Source of the DNA: an uncultured virus (IMG/VR IMGVR_UViG_3300032212_000001)
Taxonomy: Duplodnaviria; Heunggongvirae; Uroviricota; Caudoviricetes
Strand: one strand, 5' to 3'
DNA length: 64,000 bases
Virus record (IMG/VR): IMGVR_UViG_3300032212_000001
A model generated the notes under the pieces. That model was given only the letters and a program-made list of their open reading frames with translations. It was not told the origin of the DNA and searched no databases. Shown piece after piece: positions 19,067 to 27,895 of this stretch. How positions within the stretch are numbered: position 1 is the first letter of the stretch; each line of letters starts with the position of its first letter. The position numbers were made by a program, and so were the translations under genes.

Positions 19067-19639
19067 ATGATTAAAAGCGATAAGTGGATTACCAGGATGT
19101 GCGAGGAGAATGGCATGATAGAGCCATTTCTCACTCAAAAAATCCGTAAAGTAAACAGGCACGGCCTTGGCGAAGTTAAAGTCGTAAGCTTTGGTGTCAG
19201 CTCCTACGGATATGATGTCAGGTTGGCCGACGAGTTCAAAATATTCACGAACATCTACAACACAATCGTCGATCCAAAGGATTTCAACGAAAAGAACTTC
19301 ATCGAACACAAAGGCGATTACTGCATAATCCCACCAAATTCCTTTGCTCTCGGAAGAACCGTTGAACGCTTCAAAATCCCAAAGAACGTCTTGACCGTTT
19401 GCGTCGGCAAAAGCACATACGCCCGCTGTGGAATCATAACGAACGTCACGCCCTTCGAGCCCGGTTGGGAGGGTTATGCCACCCTGGAGATCTCCAACAC
19501 AACTCCGCTCCCAGCAAAGGTCTACGCCCACGAAGGAATCGCTCAGGTGCTCTTCTTTGAGTCTGACGAATACTGCAAGCAACCCTACGAAGGCAAGTAT
19601 CAAGACCAAAAAGAGGAAATCGTGGTCCCACGCATCTAA
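19067..19639 (+). CDS. dcd: dCTP deaminase
   Basis: [34 protein letters not shown]. Confidence 0.95.
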   Translation: MIKSDKWITRMCEENGMIEPFLTQKIRKVNRHGLGEVKVVSFGVSSYGYDVRLADEFKIFTNIYNTIVDPKDFNEKNFIEHKGDYCIIPPNSFALGRTVERFKIPKNVLTVCVGKSTYARCGIITNVTPFEPGWEGYATLEISNTTPLPAKVYAHEGIAQVLFFESDEYCKQPYEGKYQDQKEEIVVPRI

Positions 19640-19674
19640 GGCGTCCCCGACGAAAATGACAAGGAGAACTTGCC

Positions 19675-19977
19675 GTGAGGAAGAAGAAGAGCTTGGAATC
19701 AATCGCTAAAGGCGCGGCGAAAAGAATGGGTATAAGCGTCGAGGAATACATCAGAGAAAAAGCAAAGGGGAACAAACGCTGTTCTCATTGCAAAACTTGG
19801 AAGCCCCTTGCCACATTCCACAAGTCCAAAGGAGCCAGGAGCAGCGGTTACGCCTCGAATTGCAAGCCATGCTCGACGATAATAATGAAAAAACGGACTA
19901 AGGAAAAATGGGAAAAAAGCCCAATTCCTAAAAAGGAACCATTCAAGTTCTTCTTCCAACCTAAACGGCGTAAATAA
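19675..19977 (+). CDS. Zn-finger protein (HNH-associated type)
   Basis: KRCSHCKTWKPL..F...CKPC; RBS at 19658. Confidence 0.6.
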   Translation: MRKKKSLESIAKGAAKRMGISVEEYIREKAKGNKRCSHCKTWKPLATFHKSKGARSSGYASNCKPCSTIIMKKRTKEKWEKSPIPKKEPFKFFFQPKRRK

Positions 19978-20002
19978 GGCCACTAGAAATAAACTTCTAA
20001 TC

Positions 20003-20314
20003 TTGTATAAGAAGTTATTGTACGCTTGTATAAGAAAGGTTATCATGCGCCTTCTGAAACGATTCATCTGGAGAAAGACTGGCTGGCTGAAGCTTATGCC
20101 AAGGCAATGCCAGGGATTTGGCGGATGTAAAAGAAAAGCTCACTGGCGAGTCGGATACTGCACAGAGTATTTGAGCAGATGGTATTTAGGCCAATTCACC
20201 TACTTTGCTTTTTGCCGAAAATGTGCAAGGAAATTCGAGGATCGATGGTGCTACGAGCTGCACTACAAAGTCGCAACTTTTGAATGGATCAATTGGAATC
20301 TAAGAAAGGACTAA
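20003..20314 (+). CDS. hypothetical Cys-containing protein
   Basis: fills gap in operon; start uncertain. Confidence 0.4.
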   Translation: MYKKLLYACIRKVIMRLLKRFIWRKTGWLKLMPRQCQGFGGCKRKAHWRVGYCTEYLSRWYLGQFTYFAFCRKCARKFEDRWCYELHYKVATFEWINWNLRKD

Positions 20315-20316
20315 AC

Positions 20317-20667
20317 ATGAAGAATCAACGTGTTGCTCTCATTGGAAGCCGGGGTATTTTACTCTTCGTTGCTTGCTTAACTCTCGCACTCTCGTCTATG
20401 ACGGGCTGTGAGAGCATACCCAAAGATAAATATCAAGCCCTCCACAACTCTTTCGAGTCTTACGTCCAAAAAGACAAAGATAAACGCGATTCAATCAAGG
20501 CTTTCCTCACTAATCAGTTGAAGGCCCTTGAGTCGAAGGAACAGAAAACAAAAGCAGACAAGAAAGAAATCTCTCGGATCAAATTCCAACTCTTGAGCAT
20601 GAAGACCTGGGACAGCCGCCAATCCCGCGCCGACAAATTCCTCAAGGACAGTGAGATCGACGACTGA
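20317..20667 (+). CDS. putative lipoprotein
   Basis: hydrophobic signal followed by TGC lipobox. Confidence 0.6.
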   Translation: MKNQRVALIGSRGILLFVACLTLALSSMTGCESIPKDKYQALHNSFESYVQKDKDKRDSIKAFLTNQLKALESKEQKTKADKKEISRIKFQLLSMKTWDSRQSRADKFLKDSEIDD

Positions 20668-20744
20668 AAACAAGTTAAAGGGCCGACTTCTCTTGAAGAA
20701 AGCTTAATTCTAAATTTCATAAAATCCCTAAAAAGGAAAAGAAC

Positions 20745-21122
20745 ATGTCCGAAGAAAACGAAAAAACCAGCTTAGACAAAGCTGTTGACTTCTCTAATAA
20801 AGTCATCAATGCGGCCAAAGAGGCTGGAGACCCTATTCCAGATCAATTCCACGACGACCTAATCATCGTCTCCGAGTCCTACATTTCCCTCGTCGAAGGA
20901 GAAGACGACCAAGAGCTTCTCGACGAGTATTTCAAAACCATGAAGTCAATGATTTCAGACTGGTCATGGAAGGGTTACGAGACCGCTGAAGTGAGCTTCT
21001 GGCAAGAAGCCTTCAACACAGTCGTCGCTGTGGCGAAACCAGCCGCCAAGGAGCTACTCAAGACAGCAACAAAGGCTGCTCTTGAAATGGCTAAAACCCA
21101 ACTCTCAAACCGCTTGGCCTGA
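20745..21122 (+). CDS. hypothetical protein
   Basis: AAGGA RBS. Confidence 0.65.
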   Translation: MSEENEKTSLDKAVDFSNKVINAAKEAGDPIPDQFHDDLIIVSESYISLVEGEDDQELLDEYFKTMKSMISDWSWKGYETAEVSFWQEAFNTVVAVAKPAAKELLKTATKAALEMAKTQLSNRLA

Positions 21123-21198
21123 AAAGCCAAGCTTCGTGGTCACTAGAAAACGTTTTCCGATACGAAAATCGGAATCAAACAAGACAAGGAGAGACATT

Positions 21199-21843
21199 AT
21201 GTCTAGTAAAATAACAGCTCACATCGGGAACGCGAGAACAAACATCGGAGACGATGTTCTTGCGAAAGTTTGGGAACAAAGACTCGAATCATACTGCTTT
21301 GGCGTTGAAGTCGGTCGCGGGGCAGAATGGGATATACCAAAAGACACCGCTAGCGATGCGAGGCTTCACACTGCGGTCGTCAAGGCTAGGGAAATACTCG
21401 AATCTGACAAGTTCTACCTCAAAGAAAGAATGGTTGGCGGCTGCATCGATCTCACTGCAATCCTCTACAAGCTCTACAAGGGCATCCATGTCGCGGCCTA
21501 TGACTTGGGCCATGGACTTCACCCGAATTGCTTCCCCGCCATGATAGAGGCTATTCGAGAGGCCCTTTCAATGAATGAATCTGCTCGATTAACCTGCATC
21601 GTTTACAACCCTCTTGTCGTCAATGAACTCAAGGGCGAAGAAGTCTGGGTTCATGCCCGCGACAAAGGTGGTCAACGTTGGTCGGCCAAGCTCGCCGGTC
21701 ACAAACAGTTCGGAGAAATCGGCAATATGCCTCTCGGAGAATTTTGGCTTGCGAAGGGAGAAGAGTGGGCGATCATCGACATGACCGATCTTCATAAAGG
21801 TGAAATCGGCACTGGCCCCAAAACTCCCCAAGAAGCCTCCTGA
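21199..21843 (+). CDS. degenerate AAA_21/ABC-ATPase-like protein lacking Walker A
   Basis: YDLGHGLHP, IVYNPLVVNEL..EEVWV, LGEFWL; RBS at 21183. Confidence 0.45.
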   Translation: MSSKITAHIGNARTNIGDDVLAKVWEQRLESYCFGVEVGRGAEWDIPKDTASDARLHTAVVKAREILESDKFYLKERMVGGCIDLTAILYKLYKGIHVAAYDLGHGLHPNCFPAMIEAIREALSMNESARLTCIVYNPLVVNELKGEEVWVHARDKGGQRWSAKLAGHKQFGEIGNMPLGEFWLAKGEEWAIIDMTDLHKGEIGTGPKTPQEAS

Positions 21844-22118
21844 TGTCGGTCGAAAGCCAAAAAGTCATCGAAGAACTTGCCCTAATGAACCCAGAGGCAA
21901 TTGTTTTCGATGACTTGGACGAAGCCATAACAGGAATAGATAAAAAAGGTGTCAACGGCTCAGAATCAGTGCTTGTCTACTCGACGAGCAAGATTCTTGA
22001 CTGCCTTCAAAAGCAGGGTCTTAGAAGTCGCGAGGAAGCCATTGAGTATTACGACTTCAACATAGATTGTCTCGGCGCTGGCCCTTACACTCCGAAAATA
22101 ACCGACGACGAAGAATGA
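21843..22118 (+). CDS. phage-type hypothetical protein
   Basis: DDLDEAITG...EEAIEYYDFNI...GPYTP. Confidence 0.65.
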   Translation: MSVESQKVIEELALMNPEAIVFDDLDEAITGIDKKGVNGSESVLVYSTSKILDCLQKQGLRSREEAIEYYDFNIDCLGAGPYTPKITDDEE

Positions 22119-22124
22119 CAAGCC

Positions 22125-23189
22125 ATGGCTCGACGAAAGAAAACGAATAAGAAAGACGACAAGAAGAAAGTCGTCATTTACTGTCGAGCCTCCACTGGCA
22201 AGCAGGAGATAAGCCCCGAAGCTCAAGAGCAAAGGCTTAGACAGCAAGCCGAGTTCAAAGGCTTCGAGGTTATCGACGTTCTCGTTGACAAGGGGATATC
22301 GGGAGGAAAGGGCCAAGATGACCGCCCAGGGCTCAAGAAAGCCCTCTCTATGCTCGAAGAGGACAAAGCAAACACTCTCATGGTCACCAAGCTCGACAGG
22401 CTCTCTAGGAGCGTCTCAGACGGCTCTAAGATGATCGAGCGGTATTTCCGTGGAAGATACGATCTCGTCGTCTTAGAGCCCGAGATAGACACCACCAGCG
22501 ACTTCGGAGAGTTCACTGCGAACCTAATGCTCAATATCGGTCAGCTTGAGCGCCGTCTTATATCAACAAGAACAGCGGAAGCTCTAGCCTATCTGAGCAG
22601 CAAGGGAGTCGTTCTTGGCGGTCGAATGTTTGGGTGGAAACACACAGACAAAAGAGACGAGAGCAAGCGGCGAATAAGAAAAGAGATACCAGAGGAGCAA
22701 GAGGCGATAAAGACCATGATCGACATGCGAGCAAAGGGAGCCACATTCGACAAGATCGCCATGAGAATGAACATGGAAGCCATTCCTACTGTCATGTCTG
22801 GCAAGTGGTATCAAAGCGACGTAAGAAACATAATCGAGAAGAAACTAGAGACCAACAAGGCCATTGATGAAATCATCTCGGCTAAGGTCTCCAAAGACAT
22901 TGAACAATCCGACAAAGAGGCGAACAACTACAAGCCTAGTAAGAACGTGTGCCAGGATATCGCCGAGACTCTTAATAACCTTGGGCTTCAAAAGCCTAAC
23001 GGCGGCAAATGGTATCGAGGGACCGTTCAAAAAATAATCAAGCGCGTTACAGACGCATATAGGGAGTCAAAATCTCATGACAGACCAAAATCACTCGGCC
23101 AGTCCGATCAAGATGAAGACGGACGCGGAGATTCTCCACGAGAGAATGAGAACGCTGGAGAGCCTGACACTCCCATTAAGCAAGGGTGA
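22125..23189 (+). CDS. serine recombinase (resolvase catalytic domain plus recombinase domain)
   Basis: IYCRAST.KQ, D.GISG, RPGL, KLDRLSRS, ER..ISTRT. Confidence 0.9.
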   Translation: MARRKKTNKKDDKKKVVIYCRASTGKQEISPEAQEQRLRQQAEFKGFEVIDVLVDKGISGGKGQDDRPGLKKALSMLEEDKANTLMVTKLDRLSRSVSDGSKMIERYFRGRYDLVVLEPEIDTTSDFGEFTANLMLNIGQLERRLISTRTAEALAYLSSKGVVLGGRMFGWKHTDKRDESKRRIRKEIPEEQEAIKTMIDMRAKGATFDKIAMRMNMEAIPTVMSGKWYQSDVRNIIEKKLETNKAIDEIISAKVSKDIEQSDKEANNYKPSKNVCQDIAETLNNLGLQKPNGGKWYRGTVQKIIKRVTDAYRESKSHDRPKSLGQSDQDEDGRGDSPRENENAGEPDTPIKQG

Positions 23190-23400
23190 TCGGGTTGAAT
23201 TTCTTTACTACAAGGACAAGGACGAAAACCCCATGAAGGGCACCGTCGAAATGATCGCTAGGGGGAGCGGGGGAGGGAACATGAATATCCCTGTCTTTCG
23301 CGTGAAAGCTGACAAGCCCCCAAGCTGGTATAAGCTGAATGATGGACCGATAAACTTCCACCCAAGAGCCGCACTCAAGATCCTCTTCGACGAAAACTAA
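23077..23400 (+). CDS. hypothetical SH3-like protein
   Basis: GGAG RBS; KGDRVEF...GTV. Confidence 0.5.
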   Translation: MTDQNHSASPIKMKTDAEILHERMRTLESLTLPLSKGDRVEFLYYKDKDENPMKGTVEMIARGSGGGNMNIPVFRVKADKPPSWYKLNDGPINFHPRAALKILFDEN

Positions 23401-23418
23401 ATCGGTCGAAAAAGTTTG

Positions 23419-23449
23419 ACCCGCTCTCATAGGAGGCGGGTCGTTTTTT
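23419..23449 (+). terminator. intrinsic terminator
   Basis: gacccgc...gcgggtc hairpin followed by a T-run. Confidence 0.7.
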
Positions 23450-23510
23450 GAAGCTCTCCACGTTTTCCGAAGGAAATTGAGTAAAGCTTTGTTTTTGGAG
23501 AACTTCAATT

Positions 23511-23527
23511 TATACCATTGGTATAAT
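23511..23527 (+). promoter_or_regulatory. TATACCATTGGTATA operator with extended -10 TGgTATAAT
   Basis: lies between a terminator and the next operon. Confidence 0.65.
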
Positions 23528-23553
23528 CGAGTCAAGCCCAAAGAGGAATAAAT

Positions 23554-24660
23554 ATGTCAGGTAGTATCGACGACCGTTATGCAGAAGCCCTAAGAGCCCT
23601 TCACTCCGATCCTGAGAATATCGAAACCATGGCTCGGTTAGCGTCCATGGGTGAACGTCTTGGCGGGAGCATGGCTCACGAAGTAGCAAAACATTTTGCA
23701 GAAAAAGGCTTCGATCCAGAGGACGCTGAAAAGTTTGCCATCGGGTATATGTTTCAGTCATTCCGTGCCTACATGGATCACCTCGAAAGAGAACAAATCC
23801 AGAAATGGTCAGAGATGGTTTGCCCCGCTCAAAACTCAGCAGACCTAATGTTTTTCCGTCAATTGCGCCAGAGGAGAACAGAGTCAAACCTCGACCAGAT
23901 GGGAGTCGTCGGAGTCTGGGAAGAAAAGATTTTCAAGAAGATCACAATAAAGCTTGAAGAAGGCTTTCACGAAAGCGTCTACAACGACTTCTGGAAGAAA
24001 ACATACTTCCGAATAATGATCCAAAAGGACGTGGCTCGCGAACTAAGATACCCCTCAAAGATTCTCAGCAAAAACATAAGATGCTTCAACCCTGGGAATC
24101 TAAGAGTAGGCGCGGGATTCGACATTGACTTCATTGCGTCTTTCTCTGAAAGTCTCTCCACTGATACTGATTTCACTGTTGGCGTTTGCATAGAATCAGC
24201 TACGAGGAAAGACATTCATGGAAATTCGGCGAGGCAAGTCAGAATGGGGGGCAATAATTCATACACTCCATTTCAAGAGGCTCTTCCAGAAAACGCTTTC
24301 CCAGAGCACTTGCAAGACTCCAACGGCATTGATGGTTATGAACAACCTGTTGATGAATGGATCGCCGAAAGTCAAGACGAGGGACATTTAACACAAGCGG
24401 CAACCTATTGCGATGCCGATGGCAACCCCTTGGATATCAACACTGTGCCAGAAGGGACACTTCTATACCTTCCCAATGACAACAATGATCCTCCTGCGCC
24501 TCTCGGCGTAAAAACGACCGACCCTACCCACGGATTCATTGGAGTCACTAATGGAGGAGTGACTCCACAAATGCATGGCATTTATGAAGTCATGGAATCA
24601 ACTGAAAACCAAATAACCATTGAAAATGAAAGCGAGGAAGAAAATGGCAGAGAAGAGTAA
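23554..24660 (+). CDS. hypothetical protein
   Basis: GAGG RBS; 368 aa; N-terminal motif similar to that of ORF 4520. Confidence 0.7.
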   Translation: MSGSIDDRYAEALRALHSDPENIETMARLASMGERLGGSMAHEVAKHFAEKGFDPEDAEKFAIGYMFQSFRAYMDHLEREQIQKWSEMVCPAQNSADLMFFRQLRQRRTESNLDQMGVVGVWEEKIFKKITIKLEEGFHESVYNDFWKKTYFRIMIQKDVARELRYPSKILSKNIRCFNPGNLRVGAGFDIDFIASFSESLSTDTDFTVGVCIESATRKDIHGNSARQVRMGGNNSYTPFQEALPENAFPEHLQDSNGIDGYEQPVDEWIAESQDEGHLTQAATYCDADGNPLDINTVPEGTLLYLPNDNNDPPAPLGVKTTDPTHGFIGVTNGGVTPQMHGIYEVMESTENQITIENESEEENGREE

Positions 24661-25090
24661 CTTCGGATTCCAGGTCATGAGCCAAAAGGAAGCCGATAAA
24701 AAGCCTGAGTGTTGCCTGTGCCACACAGAAGGCAACGACATGACGATTTTTCCAGTTTGGACATCTGGCCCCTGGCGGGACGCTCGCGTCAAACAAGAAC
24801 GCCCTGACCCTCTCAAGACAATCCCTATGTGTATGCCATGCTTCAAGAACTGGGACGCGCAACGATCTCTCGCCTTCGAGAAGTATATCCATCCAAAATG
24901 GCCGCGCAAAAACACGATCTGTTGCCACTGCAACACCAGGGGTAAACAAACAAGGACCGTCTGGATAAAAGGCGTTCACATCGCGTCCAAGAATCAACTA
25001 CCCTTTTCCGTTTCCATGTGCCTTCAATGCGAAGCCGACTGGGAAGGGAGAAAGGTCGAGATTCTTAAAGCCATGTATATCGGTAACTAA
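24644..25090 (+). CDS. duplicated Zn-finger protein
   Basis: two CCxC...VW...MCxxC...W units. Confidence 0.6.
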   Translation: MAEKSNFGFQVMSQKEADKKPECCLCHTEGNDMTIFPVWTSGPWRDARVKQERPDPLKTIPMCMPCFKNWDAQRSLAFEKYIHPKWPRKNTICCHCNTRGKQTRTVWIKGVHIASKNQLPFSVSMCLQCEADWEGRKVEILKAMYIGN

Positions 25091-25663
25091 TTGAAAGAAA
25101 AGAAGGAGAGACTCGTGCTCTACCCTGATGAAATGATTCTGCTTTGTGACTTTGAAACAACTGGTCTTGCCCAGGAAGAGGGCTCAAAAGCGATTCAATT
25201 CGCCGGTCTCTTCCTTCGTCCTGACATGACTATCGAATCCGACTTCAACTATCATATCGACTACAGAGACCTTCAAGACCCTATACCCCTGAACCACATA
25301 CACGGGATCGACAAGAAAACGCTTTCCGAAAAGGGAATGTCCAAAAAGCAAGTCGTAGAGGCCATCCAGAAGAAGCTCATTGGTCTTCATAGAGACGGGG
25401 TGAGAAGGATCTATCTCTCAAGTGACAACAGCTTCTTCGACCAGACCTTTGCCTATAAGCTTGGTTTGATCGGTAAACACTTGCTTCACTACAACCCGCT
25501 TGACTTCAAATGCCTGTGTCGCATGGCTGGTGTGAAAAGACCTGAAAGGTTCAATAAAAAACACTGCGCCATGAACGACACTTTGAACTGGTACAGAAGT
25601 GTCCTGATTTCCTATGACCGACTTAAAATGGCTGTAGAAAAACGACGATTTGAAGCCTCCTAG
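25091..25663 (+). CDS. DEDDh 3'-5' exonuclease (DnaQ-like)
   Basis: DFETTGL, HGI, N..FD, H.AMND. Confidence 0.8.
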   Translation: MKEKKERLVLYPDEMILLCDFETTGLAQEEGSKAIQFAGLFLRPDMTIESDFNYHIDYRDLQDPIPLNHIHGIDKKTLSEKGMSKKQVVEAIQKKLIGLHRDGVRRIYLSSDNSFFDQTFAYKLGLIGKHLLHYNPLDFKCLCRMAGVKRPERFNKKHCAMNDTLNWYRSVLISYDRLKMAVEKRRFEAS

Positions 25664-26805
25664 TTCAATCCAAATCTCTTAATGAAATCAGCCTTGCTCG
25701 CCTTGAAGGTTGGAAGATTCCACAAGACCCAACGAGACAAAGCCCCTGGCGTCGTTGGGTCTTTCCAATTCTCCCGCTTGCTGTGCCTCTTTATGTAGTT
25801 TGCTTTGCGCCCATCGTCCTTGTGCTTTGTGTAATCCGAGTAACCTGCGCCGCCGAAATGAACCTTTTTAACCTTGTTCGTTTTTCGGTTCTCAAATCGC
25901 GCAAGAAGCTTTTTATCCGCCCTGGTGCTCTTCACAATGCCAAGAAGCTTCCACTTTGACTTTTTCTTAAGATTCATCTGAGCCTCTCTTAAAATCTGTT
26001 CGAGCTTCTCTACAAGATCATAGACAGTAGGTCTGAGAGAAGGATCTTTCTTGAGCATACGGAATATAAGATGACGCACTTCGTCGGGGACGTTGCTTGG
26101 AAGATCTATGACGGGCTTGCGCGAGACATGACCAATGATGACCTCTTTGCTAGTGCGACCATCGATAGGCAATCTATTGGTTATCGCGTTGTAATAAGTC
26201 ACTCCAAGAGCATAAATATCGGACTCGTTTAGATAATCACCATTCTTTAAGTATTCTGGAGCTAAGAAATTAAGTGTTCCACAAACCTGATCCTTTTCTT
26301 CTTTTAAGTCCAGATGTGACGACCATGCAAGGCCAAAGTCAATCAAAACAGCCTTGCCTGATTTGTCTACAAGGATATTCTCAGGCTTTATGTCTCTGTG
26401 ATAAACACCCATGTCTTCAAGGTGCGGAAAAGTCTTAGCAATATCGAGAATGATCTTGGTCGCATCAATGTAGTCAATACCAAAACCACAACCGACGATT
26501 TCAGCAAGATTATTTCCATCGATAAGATCCAGGGCAAGATAAACAAAACCTCTATCTGACCCATGGCCGGAATGACCAACGATGTTTTCATGGGAGAGAA
26601 TAGATAGAAGTTTGCTCTCATGATCGAATCGTTCCCTGTTCTCTCCCTCATACGTAATCGCCTTAGCCACTTTCAAAGCAACAAAAGGAGAGTCCTTGTG
26701 ACCAGTATCAACAGCCTTAAACACTGTTGCAAATCCGCCTTTGCCAATCTGGTTTTCAATTCGATATTGACCGACCATTTCCCCAGGCTTTAGTTTGACA
26801 ATCAA
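25660..26805 (-). CDS. Hanks-type Ser/Thr protein kinase with C-terminal DUF5754-like domain
   Basis: GKGGFATV, VALK, HRDIKPEN, DFG, GT..FLAPE, SDIYALG; tail VHFG..GYSDYTKHKD..RK..Y..RH. Confidence 0.85.
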   Translation of the reverse strand: MIVKLKPGEMVGQYRIENQIGKGGFATVFKAVDTGHKDSPFVALKVAKAITYEGENRERFDHESKLLSILSHENIVGHSGHGSDRGFVYLALDLIDGNNLAEIVGCGFGIDYIDATKIILDIAKTFPHLEDMGVYHRDIKPENILVDKSGKAVLIDFGLAWSSHLDLKEEKDQVCGTLNFLAPEYLKNGDYLNESDIYALGVTYYNAITNRLPIDGRTSKEVIIGHVSRKPVIDLPSNVPDEVRHLIFRMLKKDPSLRPTVYDLVEKLEQILREAQMNLKKKSKWKLLGIVKSTRADKKLLARFENRKTNKVKKVHFGGAGYSDYTKHKDDGRKANYIKRHSKRENWKDPTTPGALSRWVLWNLPTFKASKADFIKRFGLN

Positions 26806-26963
26806 AAAATGCCTCCTATGGAAGCTGTGCGAGGCTCTCTGTGGGGCCTTCGCTAAAACTATCGAGCGAACTAGGCAACTGTTTCCAAAAAGCCGCAGAG
26901 GGGCTTAGAAAGAGACGGTGGCTTGTATAAAGAAAGCACCGCCTCTTCTTTCACAATGCCTCT

Positions 26964-27314
26964 TCAGGCTTCATTCTTCTCATTGGTGGAGGGGTCAGGG
27001 GGAGGAGGAGTATCCTTCATGTTCAAAGCCAGCTTGGTAAGCATCTCTATCTTCTCAAGGTCGAGACCTGTTGCCTTGTTAAACTCTTCCTTCTTTGCTT
27101 CTTTTCCGAAGTCAGCGGCCCCCTGGCCGATCATGTAACTTCCGGCCAAAGTCACAACACCAGCGGCGATTGAGTTGCCAAGCTCCAATGCCCTCTCTGG
27201 TGGCAAGTCAAGTCCTATGTATGAAACCAAATACCCAATGATCGTAACGATCAAAGAAGCGATCCAAACTTTCGCCTTCTTGCTTTTTATAAGTTCCCAC
27301 AAAATGTCGTTCAC
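26964..27314 (-). CDS. holin-like two-TM membrane protein
   Basis: SKK-TM1-TM2-YMIGQGAAD, charged C-terminus. Confidence 0.45.
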   Translation of the reverse strand: MNDILWELIKSKKAKVWIASLIVTIIGYLVSYIGLDLPPERALELGNSIAAGVVTLAGSYMIGQGAADFGKEAKKEEFNKATGLDLEKIEMLTKLALNMKDTPPPPDPSTNEKNEA

Positions 27315-27375
27315 GTTCTCTCTCCTTGCCTGGAAAACCGTTCTTCATAAATAATAGATCTTGTCAGGCTTTTAG

Positions 27376-27732
27376 CTAACCAGGGGGGTGTCCCTGCATT
27401 TGATTGAATGTCGCAACGCCTTGTGGCTGGGCTGTTTCGCCTGAATGTCCTTGGCTCACAGCTTGAGGCTTTTTACTTAAAGCCGCTTGCGACTGCTTAC
27501 TATGTAACTGCATTTCTCTAGCTTTTTCAAGAACATAAAGACCAGAACGACCAACTTGGAAGGCCCCATAAACCAAGAGGACCGCTCGGACAGGCAATGG
27601 CAGTTGATCCGCCTTCCAACCAGCCCAAATAGACATCGGCCCGGTAATCGTCAGGTTCGTTAAAGCCTCAACTCGCTCTGGGTTGATCTCAACCTGATAG
27701 CTGTTCTGGCTTTGTTGTTCTAAATTGGACAT
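27376..27732 (-). CDS. small membrane protein
   Basis: AGGAGG RBS; hydrophobic segments. Confidence 0.55.
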   Translation of the reverse strand: MSNLEQQSQNSYQVEINPERVEALTNLTITGPMSIWAGWKADQLPLPVRAVLLVYGAFQVGRSGLYVLEKAREMQLHSKQSQAALSKKPQAVSQGHSGETAQPQGVATFNQMQGHPPG

Positions 27733-27793
27733 GGCTTCTTCCTCCTATAAAGCCTGAAGTATAGCAAACACCAACGCAGTGCCCAAATAAGAA

Positions 27794-27830
27794 GAATCCT
27801 CGAAAGGAACTTGACTCCTTTCGAGGATTC
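27794..27830 (-). terminator. intrinsic terminator after the ParB-like gene
   Basis: 15-bp perfect stem gaatcctcgaaagga/tcctttcgaggattc, T-rich tail on the minus strand. Confidence 0.7.
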
Positions 27831-27895
27831 GGGAGTGCCGAAGGGAGTAGGTAAGCAACAAGCTCACCAAGAGACCATCCGGCTATTCAGGTTTT

